In this document: positions 21,850 to 30,587 of the stretch, piece after piece | How the letters are laid out: the number at the start of each line of letters is the position of its first letter | How positions within the stretch are numbered: the stretch's first letter is position 1 | NCBI GenBank assembly: GCA_949841245.1 | Contig: CATKYT010000004.1 | Location: 1 to 63,916, forward strand | Length of the DNA: 63,916 bases | From: an uncultured Eubacteriales bacterium | Lineage (GTDB): Bacteria; Bacillota; Clostridia; Christensenellales; UBA1242 | Direction: 5' to 3' | Translations under genes and position numbers: made by a program | The notes under the pieces: generated by a model | Database searches by the model: none | What the model saw: only the letters and a program-made list of their open reading frames with translations | Told to the model about the DNA's origin: nothing

Positions 21850-23541
21850 ATGGAAAAGAAAAAAATATTAGTCACAGCCGCACTGCTTTATGTAAATGGG
21901 TTGCCACATCTTGGCCATGTTGTTGGATGTTGGCTTCCTGCTGATGTTTTTACCAGATTTAACAAAACTTTTGGAAATGATGTTGTCTATGTAAGTGGAA
22001 CAGATGATCACGGAACAACAAGTTATATCTCTGCAAAAGAAGCAGGTTTGGAACCATCTGCTTACATCAAACAAATGAACACCAAAATGAAAGAAATTGC
22101 AAGTAAACTTTCCATAGGCTTTGACATTTTCAGTGGAACAAACACAAAAACTCATGAAGAAGTAACAATTGATTTCTTCAACGAAATATACAAAAATGGC
22201 TATACACAAGAAATGGAAAGCCAAATGCTTTTTTGCGAACACGATAATGTTGCACTTGCCGACAGATTTGTTTATGGTGTGTGTCCTTATTGCGGTTATG
22301 ATAAGGCTTATGGCGACCAATGCGACAAGTGCGGTAAAACATATGAACTTGACGAATTGAAAGACCCTAAATGCTCTTTTTGCGGTCAAAATGCCGTTAA
22401 AAAGACAACTAAACATCTTTATATCTGTTTAGATAAACTTCAACCAAAACTTCAAAAATGGGTGGAAAGCAAAAAAGATATTTGGCGTCCACATGTTTAC
22501 AGCATGACAAATAAATGGTTTAAGGAAGGACTTAAACCAAGATGTATCACTCGTGACATTCCTTGGGGAATTAAAGTTCCACTTAAAGGTTTCGAAGACA
22601 AAGTTTTTTATGTTTGGTTTGATGCCCCAATCGGTTATATTTCAATCACAAAAGAACTTGGTGGTGAAGAATTGGTTAAAGACCGTTGGCAAAATAAAGA
22701 TTGTGAAATTTACAACTTTATTGGAAAAGACAACATTGATTTTCACGCTGTTTTCTTCCCAAGCATGGAACTTGCTTGCGAAAAATATAACTTGGCACAA
22801 AATGTTGTTGGTTTCAATTTCTTAAACTTTGAAGGTCAAAAATTTTCTAAGTCAAAACACATTGGAATTTTCTGCGACAAACTTTTAAACAGTGATGTTG
22901 ACATCGATGCTTTGCGTGCTTATTTGGTTTCAATTTTCCCAGAAAATAAAGACAGCGATTTCACATACGAAGGATTTAAACTCAACACAAACGCCGAACT
23001 TGTAGGTAAATATGGCAATTTCTTTAACCGCACATTAAACATGATCAACAAGAATTTTTCTGGCGAACTTGGAATTGATTTTGACGACATTAAAGACAAC
23101 CTTGATGACAATGATAAAGAAATGGTTAACGCCATCTCCACTTGTCCAGATGAAATTGCAAAACTGTTTGCACAAACCGAATTCAGAGCAGGCTATAAAG
23201 AAATTTTAAGATTTGCTTCCATTGGAAACACATATCTTGAAAAAACTGCACCTTGGACACTTATTAAAAATGGCGATTTAAACAACGCAAAAAAAGTGCT
23301 TTATCTTTGCCTTAACATGGCAAAAGCCCTTGCCATTGTTGCCAGCCCTATTATGCCAAACAGAACAGCCGAAATTTGGACAGAACAATTAAACTTTGAT
23401 GGAAATCCTGCTGATATAAATAGGTGGCAAGATGCTTCAAAAATCAATATTTCAAAAACACATAAAGTAAATCTGCCTAAACCACTTTTTGCCCGTCTTG
23501 ACGATGAAACAATCGAAAGATATAAAACCGAACTCGCATAA
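21850..23541 (+). CDS. metG: Methionyl-tRNA synthetase (short form, no C-terminal tRNA-binding domain)
   Basis: 563 aa. HLGH motif, zinc knuckles CPYCG / CDKCG, KFSKS motif. Confidence 0.95.
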   Translation: MEKKKILVTAALLYVNGLPHLGHVVGCWLPADVFTRFNKTFGNDVVYVSGTDDHGTTSYISAKEAGLEPSAYIKQMNTKMKEIASKLSIGFDIFSGTNTKTHEEVTIDFFNEIYKNGYTQEMESQMLFCEHDNVALADRFVYGVCPYCGYDKAYGDQCDKCGKTYELDELKDPKCSFCGQNAVKKTTKHLYICLDKLQPKLQKWVESKKDIWRPHVYSMTNKWFKEGLKPRCITRDIPWGIKVPLKGFEDKVFYVWFDAPIGYISITKELGGEELVKDRWQNKDCEIYNFIGKDNIDFHAVFFPSMELACEKYNLAQNVVGFNFLNFEGQKFSKSKHIGIFCDKLLNSDVDIDALRAYLVSIFPENKDSDFTYEGFKLNTNAELVGKYGNFFNRTLNMINKNFSGELGIDFDDIKDNLDDNDKEMVNAISTCPDEIAKLFAQTEFRAGYKEILRFASIGNTYLEKTAPWTLIKNGDLNNAKKVLYLCLNMAKALAIVASPIMPNRTAEIWTEQLNFDGNPADINRWQDASKINISKTHKVNLPKPLFARLDDETIERYKTELA

Positions 23542-23566
23542 CTTAAATAAATTAAAAATTTAAATC

Positions 23567-23597
23567 AAAAAAAACACATCAAATGATGTGTTTTTTT
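23567..23597. terminator. Bidirectional terminator between the convergent metG and 1503-aa genes
   Basis: A7-ACACATC-AAAT-GATGTGT-T7. Confidence 0.85.
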
Positions 23598-23598
23598 G

Positions 23599-26500
23599 TT
23601 AAACAATTTTGTTTAAATATTGTTTTCTGTAATAATCATTGGAATAGATTGTTTTTCCACCTGTCGTAACATAACTTTCACCAGTTACAGAATTTAATTT
23701 TAAAGGTATGGAAACTGTGTCATTCTTGATTCCAATCTTTGTTGAAACAGTCTCAATAAATCTGTATTCTTTGCCATTTACAACATAGGCATCACTTAAA
23801 TCAATTTGAACATTCATATTATCAAAGTTTGCATCACCAGTAAGTGATTTACCTTCTAAGCCCATGCTGAAGCCTGTAAATACTTCTTTCTGGTTTACAG
23901 TTGTAAATATTGGAGCATAACTCATGATTGTTTGTTCCAAACTTGGATTTGGATTCATGCTTGCAATAAGGTCACCAATTTTGTTGTAAACAGTGTCAGT
24001 TAATCCCAACATATAAGCAAAGATTTCCATGATATGACTTCCGATTTCGTCTGCTCTCCAAGATTTAGTAATTTTTTCATCACGCTTCTTCCAAGCAGCC
24101 CAACCTGTATACTTGTTTCCATAAGTGTTTTGAACAAGATTTAAAACGCCATCTTTATATTCCAAAGTGGAAACACGCTTATCAAAACCATATGCAGAAT
24201 AAACTGTATAGGTATTTCCAAATCCGCCAGCATTGTAAGTAACATCAACAAAACTTGGAACAACCATTTCAAGATAAAGTCCAACATCTCCGCTGTCACT
24301 TAATTCAACCAACAAGTCATAGTAAACAGTAATTGCGTCTATGCCAATAATACCAATGCTTGTGCTGCCATTGAAAGCAATGTTCTGTGTGTTAAGTGTG
24401 CTTACAGCAACATCCATAAACTCAGTTATTGAACTTAAATCTATGTGTGCTTTTGTTGTGTCATAGTCAAATTTTTCATCTGTAAATTGGTCAAACTTAA
24501 TTTCAAGATTGATTTTGTTGTCACCAACACAAACACCTGAAATTGCCAGTTTGTTAAGTTTTGAAGTTGTGGTGTCTGCAATTTTATTGTTGGAAATAAC
24601 CAAACTAATTGAAGCATTTTCCCCAAAAGTTTCTTTCAAGTTGATTTTAAGGGTGGTTGTAAAGTTACCAAAAACATCTTCTTCACTTGTTTCCAATTCA
24701 ACTGCACTTAAAACATTTGTAATGTTTGTAATTGATTGCAACATGTCATCAATGTTTGAATTATCATTGTTTTGATTTACATCAATATTCAAAAGTTTTT
24801 GCAAATAAGTGAAATCTGTTTTGCAAGGTTCAAGTCCCCAAGAAATCATTGTTTGTTCGTCCAATTCCATGCCCATAAGCGAAAGAATCATAGAAACCAA
24901 TGTGCTTAAATTAGAATTTTTAACTTTGCCATTAAATTCTTTATTTCCAACCAAATCTCCGTGAGAATAAGAGAGATAAAGTTCACCTGAATCGTTACTT
25001 TCATAGAAAACAGACATTTTATGTTGAACATCAGTGTCATCAATTAAAGACTGAATGTTGATGTCAACATCACCTAAAACTTTGATATAATTATTGTCAA
25101 ACCAAGACAAAACTTGTTCACCCAATTCTTCATCTTTATCAAAGACAGGAACATCTGTAAGTTGATTTATTTTTAAAGTTAAATCTGAACCTTCATTAAT
25201 TTTAATAATTTGACTTTCACTTGCCACACTGCCAGAAAGACCCAATTGATAGTTGAAACTTGTAAGATAGTCATAAGCAGAAAGAAGTGGCAATAATTCA
25301 CTGTAATGATGGAAATCTGAAATATTCAATACAACATCATTTGCTACAAAGCCTGTAAGTTCACCATTTTCAATGACAAAATTGTCAGAAATTTGAGATG
25401 CATTTCCAGCAGTCAAGTTGTAAATGTAAACCGCAAAATTTTTGTTTCCAGTAAGGTCATAATCTTCAATTAATTCTCCATTTACTGTAAGCAAATAATC
25501 TTTATAACCATTTTCATTAAGTGTTGTGTTTTTATCGTCAATGTTCGCACCAAGAGTTATTGCACTTGGAAGCAATTTGCTTCCATCTTTTTGAACAATC
25601 ACTTTTGCAACAATGTCATAGAAACTTGCTTGACTTGCGTAATAGAAATTATCTTTAATGTTTATTTGAACACCAAAATTTGTTTCATTTTCTTCTGTAA
25701 GTTCAAAAATCCATTGTCCATAAATTTCTGTCAGACTTGGCAAAACCATTTTAAAGGTTTCAGCAGTTTCAACAAATGAAATCGCATCCGAAGAAGTAAA
25801 TTGGTTGAAAATTTCCATTATTTCAGAAATAGTTTGTTCATTTAAGTCAGCATAAACTTGAAGACCAGTGATGCTGATGTAAACTGTGTTGTCAACCAAG
25901 AAGATGTAACTGTCAAGTCCCAAAGAACTTGTATAGAAAGCAACAGCAGGAACATAACCATCAATCAAACCTTTGTGGTCATCATCTTTAATAAGAATTC
26001 CAACCAAACTTCCAAAGAATTGGTTTGTGCTGTAACGAACAGCAAGGTCTGTGTTGAAAGAGTAAATTCCATCAGTTATTTTGAAACTGTCTAAAATTCC
26101 TTCAACAATGTCAGTTGTGTAAGTTTCATAATCACCAGAATTTATGACATCAATTGTGGATTTTTCAACATAATTAACCACAACTTTTCCGCTTAAAACA
26201 GAACAATCAATTTGTGCTTCTGTCAACTTATTTTCTTCATTGCTGAATGTCAATTTTGCCACAACTTTGTTGTTGTAATAGAGTTCCAACGCAACACAAG
26301 TGCTGTTTGCAGACAATTTTAAATTCTTGAAAAAGTCTTGAACAGTGTAGTTTTGAAGCACATCAATCACCGGTTGCAAATCTCCAAAGTCAATGTCAAC
26401 ACCAAGTTTGTCTGATGTCAATGAGTTTAAAATTTCAATCAAATCAAAATTTGAATTTCCCTGATTTTGTGGAACAGCAACTTTAAATTTCATGTTGGCA

Positions 26501-28110
26501 TAATTTACAAAAATGTAACTATCTTGAATATTAATTTTCAAATTTTCGCCAAATAAATTTAAAACTGAAATTTCCATTTTTCCATTGAAATATTTAAATG
26601 TTCCGTTTAAATCCAAGCCATTAAAATTCACAACAAAGTCAAACTCATAAATTCCATTTTCAATATACATCAAGAAATTTAATACAGGAAGCAAGTTTAC
26701 AGCATCACAATATCCAGTATCATCAAACACAATTACTTTGCCGTCATAAATGTTTGCACTTAAATTTACATTTTCAGAGTTTACTGAAACTCCATTAAGC
26801 ACACCTGCATCTTGAGTTAAAACAATTTCAAGTCCAGCATTCCAAAGTATGCTATATTCGTTTTCAGTCATGACTGCTTGGTCTGGAAGATAAGAAAGAA
26901 TTTTATTTAAATCCAATTTTTCAGAAACATCAGAAATAATGTCATTAAAGTCAAATTCACCATTATCTGAACCATTGTTTTTCAAAAGTTTTTCAATAAT
27001 GCTTACAATAAATTCTTTTGTTGTCAATGATGTTGCATTTTGAATTGTTTTATCCAACGCGTCTTTAAACTTGTTATAATCTTCAACATTAAACTTAACT
27101 TTAATATTTTCAAGTTGAACATAAACAGTTTCATCAGCATAAACAACGCAAGCATTTACCCCTTGGTTGAAATCAAACTTAACTTTAAGTCCATCAGTTC
27201 TGTCAACTGTAAGCAAACCACCGTAACTTTCACCATTAATTTCAAAATCTAAATCAGCAGAAACAATTTCTTTATTGTTCAATTCTTTTGCATAAGAGAT
27301 ATAATCCATAATGCCGTCAAGTTCAATTTCATTTTCAGGTTTTTCATATTGAACTTCGAAATCTTCACTGTTCATAGCATTTACATTTGCAATTAAACTG
27401 ATTCCGCCAAGTGTGCTGTGATGCGCTTTTGCAGATGTTATGTTAAAGTTTTCATCACAATAAACAAGTGCTTCAAGTTTTCCAAATTTAATATTAAATT
27501 TATATGTTCCATCATCCAAAATTTCTTCCTTTGTTTCTAAACTTGAAAGAATAGTTGTGGAATCAATCTTTGACAAATCAACACCAATTATGGCTGACAC
27601 TTTGGATAAAATGGCATCAGTATTGATGTTGACATTGTTAAACACAAAATCTAAAACTGCTGACATGTCCATGTCAGTTGCTTTTGATATGTCAAATTTA
27701 TAGTTTTTTCCATTCAAAGAAAGGTGCAAACACGAATTCACATAACCAGCAGACACAGCAAAACTTTGACCATTATAAGCCAAAAGCGTTTCAAAGGCAA
27801 ATTCTTGTTTTTCCATGTCAAAAGCAACCTTGCTGTTTTTGGCAGAGAAATCAATGTTTCCATTTTTCACATTAAGATCAAAATTCACATCAATGTTTTT
27901 AAATTTGGAAAAACTTTGCACAAATTCTGCAAAATAATTTTCTTCTTCGGCGCTTGCTCCCAAAACTGGCAAAGTGATTGGTCCTGACTCAATCTTACCA
28001 AAAATTTGAATATAGCCAAAGAAAACAAGCAAAGTCATTATAATATAAAGGGAAAATGCTTTAAACATTTTTGGAACAAGGTTTCCAACTTTTTTAATTG
28101 GTCTTTCCAT
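23599..28110 (-). CDS. Giant N-terminally anchored hypothetical protein (1503 aa)
   Basis: Start set at the ATG at 28110-28108 behind GGAGGTGA (MERPIKK...); the ORF track starts 7 codons earlier. One N-terminal TM (FSLYIIMTLLVFFGYIQIF), then about 1450 aa rich in N/D/S/V/I and predicted beta-rich. No family recognised. Confidence 0.85.
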   Translation of the reverse strand: MERPIKKVGNLVPKMFKAFSLYIIMTLLVFFGYIQIFGKIESGPITLPVLGASAEEENYFAEFVQSFSKFKNIDVNFDLNVKNGNIDFSAKNSKVAFDMEKQEFAFETLLAYNGQSFAVSAGYVNSCLHLSLNGKNYKFDISKATDMDMSAVLDFVFNNVNINTDAILSKVSAIIGVDLSKIDSTTILSSLETKEEILDDGTYKFNIKFGKLEALVYCDENFNITSAKAHHSTLGGISLIANVNAMNSEDFEVQYEKPENEIELDGIMDYISYAKELNNKEIVSADLDFEINGESYGGLLTVDRTDGLKVKFDFNQGVNACVVYADETVYVQLENIKVKFNVEDYNKFKDALDKTIQNATSLTTKEFIVSIIEKLLKNNGSDNGEFDFNDIISDVSEKLDLNKILSYLPDQAVMTENEYSILWNAGLEIVLTQDAGVLNGVSVNSENVNLSANIYDGKVIVFDDTGYCDAVNLLPVLNFLMYIENGIYEFDFVVNFNGLDLNGTFKYFNGKMEISVLNLFGENLKINIQDSYIFVNYANMKFKVAVPQNQGNSNFDLIEILNSLTSDKLGVDIDFGDLQPVIDVLQNYTVQDFFKNLKLSANSTCVALELYYNNKVVAKLTFSNEENKLTEAQIDCSVLSGKVVVNYVEKSTIDVINSGDYETYTTDIVEGILDSFKITDGIYSFNTDLAVRYSTNQFFGSLVGILIKDDDHKGLIDGYVPAVAFYTSSLGLDSYIFLVDNTVYISITGLQVYADLNEQTISEIMEIFNQFTSSDAISFVETAETFKMVLPSLTEIYGQWIFELTEENETNFGVQINIKDNFYYASQASFYDIVAKVIVQKDGSKLLPSAITLGANIDDKNTTLNENGYKDYLLTVNGELIEDYDLTGNKNFAVYIYNLTAGNASQISDNFVIENGELTGFVANDVVLNISDFHHYSELLPLLSAYDYLTSFNYQLGLSGSVASESQIIKINEGSDLTLKINQLTDVPVFDKDEELGEQVLSWFDNNYIKVLGDVDINIQSLIDDTDVQHKMSVFYESNDSGELYLSYSHGDLVGNKEFNGKVKNSNLSTLVSMILSLMGMELDEQTMISWGLEPCKTDFTYLQKLLNIDVNQNNDNSNIDDMLQSITNITNVLSAVELETSEEDVFGNFTTTLKINLKETFGENASISLVISNNKIADTTTSKLNKLAISGVCVGDNKINLEIKFDQFTDEKFDYDTTKAHIDLSSITEFMDVAVSTLNTQNIAFNGSTSIGIIGIDAITVYYDLLVELSDSGDVGLYLEMVVPSFVDVTYNAGGFGNTYTVYSAYGFDKRVSTLEYKDGVLNLVQNTYGNKYTGWAAWKKRDEKITKSWRADEIGSHIMEIFAYMLGLTDTVYNKIGDLIASMNPNPSLEQTIMSYAPIFTTVNQKEVFTGFSMGLEGKSLTGDANFDNMNVQIDLSDAYVVNGKEYRFIETVSTKIGIKNDTVSIPLKLNSVTGESYVTTGGKTIYSNDYYRKQYLNKIV

Positions 28111-29054
28111 TAAATCACCTCCCCATTGCAAACTGCATCATAAGAAGGCAAATTGTCATATTGGAAAGTTTCAACAAAATCATCAGTAACACCCATGTAA
28201 CCAAGCCCAGAAACATACATCTTATATTTTTCTGTGTATTTAATGGAAACAAAACGGAAATCACTTCCAACTGTGACAGTCATCTTTAAACTGTCCCACT
28301 TAGGCAATTTTTCAAAACCACTGGAAAATCTGATTTCATAAGAATAATACAAAGCGGAAAAAGCCAAATAATCTCCGCTTAAATTGATGTCAAAAGAATA
28401 TGTGTCATCACTGTTTTTGACAACTTTTGAAACAGCAGATGCCGGACACACTTTGGATGAAATAATGTAAGGCAGATAAGATGTAGGTTGAGTGTTAAAC
28501 GCTTCTACATATTGTTTATTGTTGAAAGTTTGAAAATCTGCTTCATTAAAAGTAAATCTGTAACCATTTTTAGGGTCATCATATGGATTGGTAATGTTTA
28601 AGTTTGAATTCAACTTGACTTCATCTAAATTGTCAAGATTAAATCTTACTTGTGAATGAATTGGTGGAGACATAGAATTTGTAGAAGGGCTTAATTTGTT
28701 GTAAACAAACTTGCCTTCTGTTTTCAATTTTTCGCCTCTCATATTTTGCTTAATGCCCATAGGAGCATTAACAAGCCCAACCATAACTTTAAAGAAATCA
28801 TTTTCAGCAAGATAATGTTCGGCAATTTGAAAAAGTTGAACACCCGAAAAAAGTGAAACATCTTTTCCGCCAAGCGCTTCATTAATCAGTTTTTCAATGT
28901 CTTCTGGCTTATCTCTTAAATCGCTTTCATTTGCAGAGATGTTTGGATTGGCTTCAAGAGTTCCGACATAGATTTGTCCCACAGAAACACCTGTCACCAA
29001 GGCAATGGCGAAAATGACAATAAAACTCATTATTTTCCTATAATTAAGTGCCAT
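28110..29054 (-). CDS. N-terminally anchored hypothetical protein (314 aa), translationally coupled to the 1503-aa gene
   Basis: TM segment IMSFIVIFAIALVTGVSVG. Its TAA stop overlaps the downstream ATG (TAATG) at 28110. GGAGA RBS. Confidence 0.85.
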   Translation of the reverse strand: MALNYRKIMSFIVIFAIALVTGVSVGQIYVGTLEANPNISANESDLRDKPEDIEKLINEALGGKDVSLFSGVQLFQIAEHYLAENDFFKVMVGLVNAPMGIKQNMRGEKLKTEGKFVYNKLSPSTNSMSPPIHSQVRFNLDNLDEVKLNSNLNITNPYDDPKNGYRFTFNEADFQTFNNKQYVEAFNTQPTSYLPYIISSKVCPASAVSKVVKNSDDTYSFDINLSGDYLAFSALYYSYEIRFSSGFEKLPKWDSLKMTVTVGSDFRFVSIKYTEKYKMYVSGLGYMGVTDDFVETFQYDNLPSYDAVCNGEVI

Positions 29055-29136
29055 GTAATCTCCACAACAACTGTAAAACGACTTTTAAAGACAACCAAAT
29101 AAGACGATAATCTCCACTTTAATTATCTTTATAAAT

Positions 29137-29165
29137 AATATAACACAGCGGGCGAATTTTGTCAA
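29137..29165 (-). promoter_or_regulatory. Sigma-A type promoter for the 314-aa/1503-aa operon
   Basis: Minus-strand TTGACA (29165-29160), 17-nt spacer, TATATT (29142-29137). Confidence 0.6.
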
Positions 29166-29237
29166 TTAAAAAATAGTTAAATATTTTTAAATATCTATAT
29201 TCAAGCATTCGCCTTTTTACAACAAAAATCGCCAAAT

Positions 29238-30503
29238 TTAATTACATTTATTTGACAACAAAACAACAGTTTCCATGTTGGCAGTGCAAGGAAACATGTC
29301 AAACATCAAAACTCTTTCAATTTTATAATTTTCTTTCAAAATTTTCAAATCCCTGACCAAGGTGGCAAAATTGCAAGAAACATAAATCACCTGTTCAATC
29401 TTAGAATTAAGAATGGAATTTAAAACCGATTTTTGACAACCCTCGCGTGCAGGGTCAAGCACAATAATGTCAATTGCATCTCTAAGTAAAACTACATCCA
29501 AACATTCTTCCACTTTACCGCAAATATTTTCAAATTTAAAATCATCACTTAAATTTTTCAACTTTTCAGCACTTTCATGAGCGGAAACTTGAAATTCAAT
29601 CCCATAAACAAACTTGGCCTTTTGTGAAATCAAAAATGTCAAAAAACCCTGCCCTGAATAAGCATTTACAACTCGCTTATTTGCTGTGTTGTCAACAATG
29701 CATTCATATAATTTTTCTGCTGTTTCATCATTTATTTGATTAAAACTTGAAACATCAACTTCCAAATCTAAACCTTTAAGGATTTGGTGTAATTTGGCAC
29801 TTCCAAACACACAAAAAACATCTGTTTTATTGCTTTCTAAAACATCACCATAGGCAAAATAAACAGAATTTTCACCAAACAACTCAATCTTTTTAATGTT
29901 ATTGAGACTTTTCTTGCCATTTTTTTCAAACAAAAAACAAACCCCAAGCCTTTTATCCACTTGTTTTATGTAAACATTTTTTAATGCCTTAAAGTTATTT
30001 AAATCTATAAATCGCTTTACCACAGGCAGAATTTCGTTTATTGCTTCACTTGCAACAGGACATTGTTCAATTTTAAAGAAATCATGCGATTTTTGCCTGA
30101 AATAACCAATTTCTCCGTCCTTTACTTCCAACTTAATTTTGTTTCTGTAATTTTTTCTTTTATCACTTAAAACAGTTTCAATTTCTCCATTAAATTCTGC
30201 TTTGCCAAGTTCTTTTGCCAAAATTTGCTTCTTAATTTGTATTTCTTGCAAATAATCACAATGTTGAAAATCACATCCGCCACAAACATCAAAATACGGA
30301 CAAAAAGGTTTTATTCTTATTTCACTTCCTTTCAAAATTTTTTCCAACCTGCCAATAAGAAAATTCGAATTCCTTTTCACAACAGAAATTTCCAGTTGTT
30401 CTTTTGGCAAAGTCTTAGGCACAAAAACAATCTGCCCATCAAGCTTTCCCACACCAGCACCTTCATAGGAAATGTCAAAAATTTCAACAATTTTCTTTTC
30501 CAA
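29238..30503 (-). CDS. TRAM-domain 23S rRNA (uracil-C5)-methyltransferase (RumA/RlmCD family)
   Basis: 421 aa. N-terminal TRAM domain, Fe-S Cys cluster CPYFDVCGGCDFQHC, SAM-methyltransferase C-terminus with catalytic Cys region (YVSCN). TTG start behind AAGGAGA. Confidence 0.88.
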   Translation of the reverse strand: MEKKIVEIFDISYEGAGVGKLDGQIVFVPKTLPKEQLEISVVKRNSNFLIGRLEKILKGSEIRIKPFCPYFDVCGGCDFQHCDYLQEIQIKKQILAKELGKAEFNGEIETVLSDKRKNYRNKIKLEVKDGEIGYFRQKSHDFFKIEQCPVASEAINEILPVVKRFIDLNNFKALKNVYIKQVDKRLGVCFLFEKNGKKSLNNIKKIELFGENSVYFAYGDVLESNKTDVFCVFGSAKLHQILKGLDLEVDVSSFNQINDETAEKLYECIVDNTANKRVVNAYSGQGFLTFLISQKAKFVYGIEFQVSAHESAEKLKNLSDDFKFENICGKVEECLDVVLLRDAIDIIVLDPAREGCQKSVLNSILNSKIEQVIYVSCNFATLVRDLKILKENYKIERVLMFDMFPCTANMETVVLLSNKCN

Positions 30504-30541
30504 ATCATTCTCCTTATGAAATAAGGATACTGAAAACCAAT

Positions 30542-30571
30542 AAAAAAAGCAAGCCTTTCGACTTGCTTTTT
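30542..30571. terminator. Bidirectional terminator
   Basis: A7-GCAAG-CCTTTCGA-CTTGC-T5. Confidence 0.75.
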
Positions 30572-30587
30572 AAAGTTTTAATTAATA

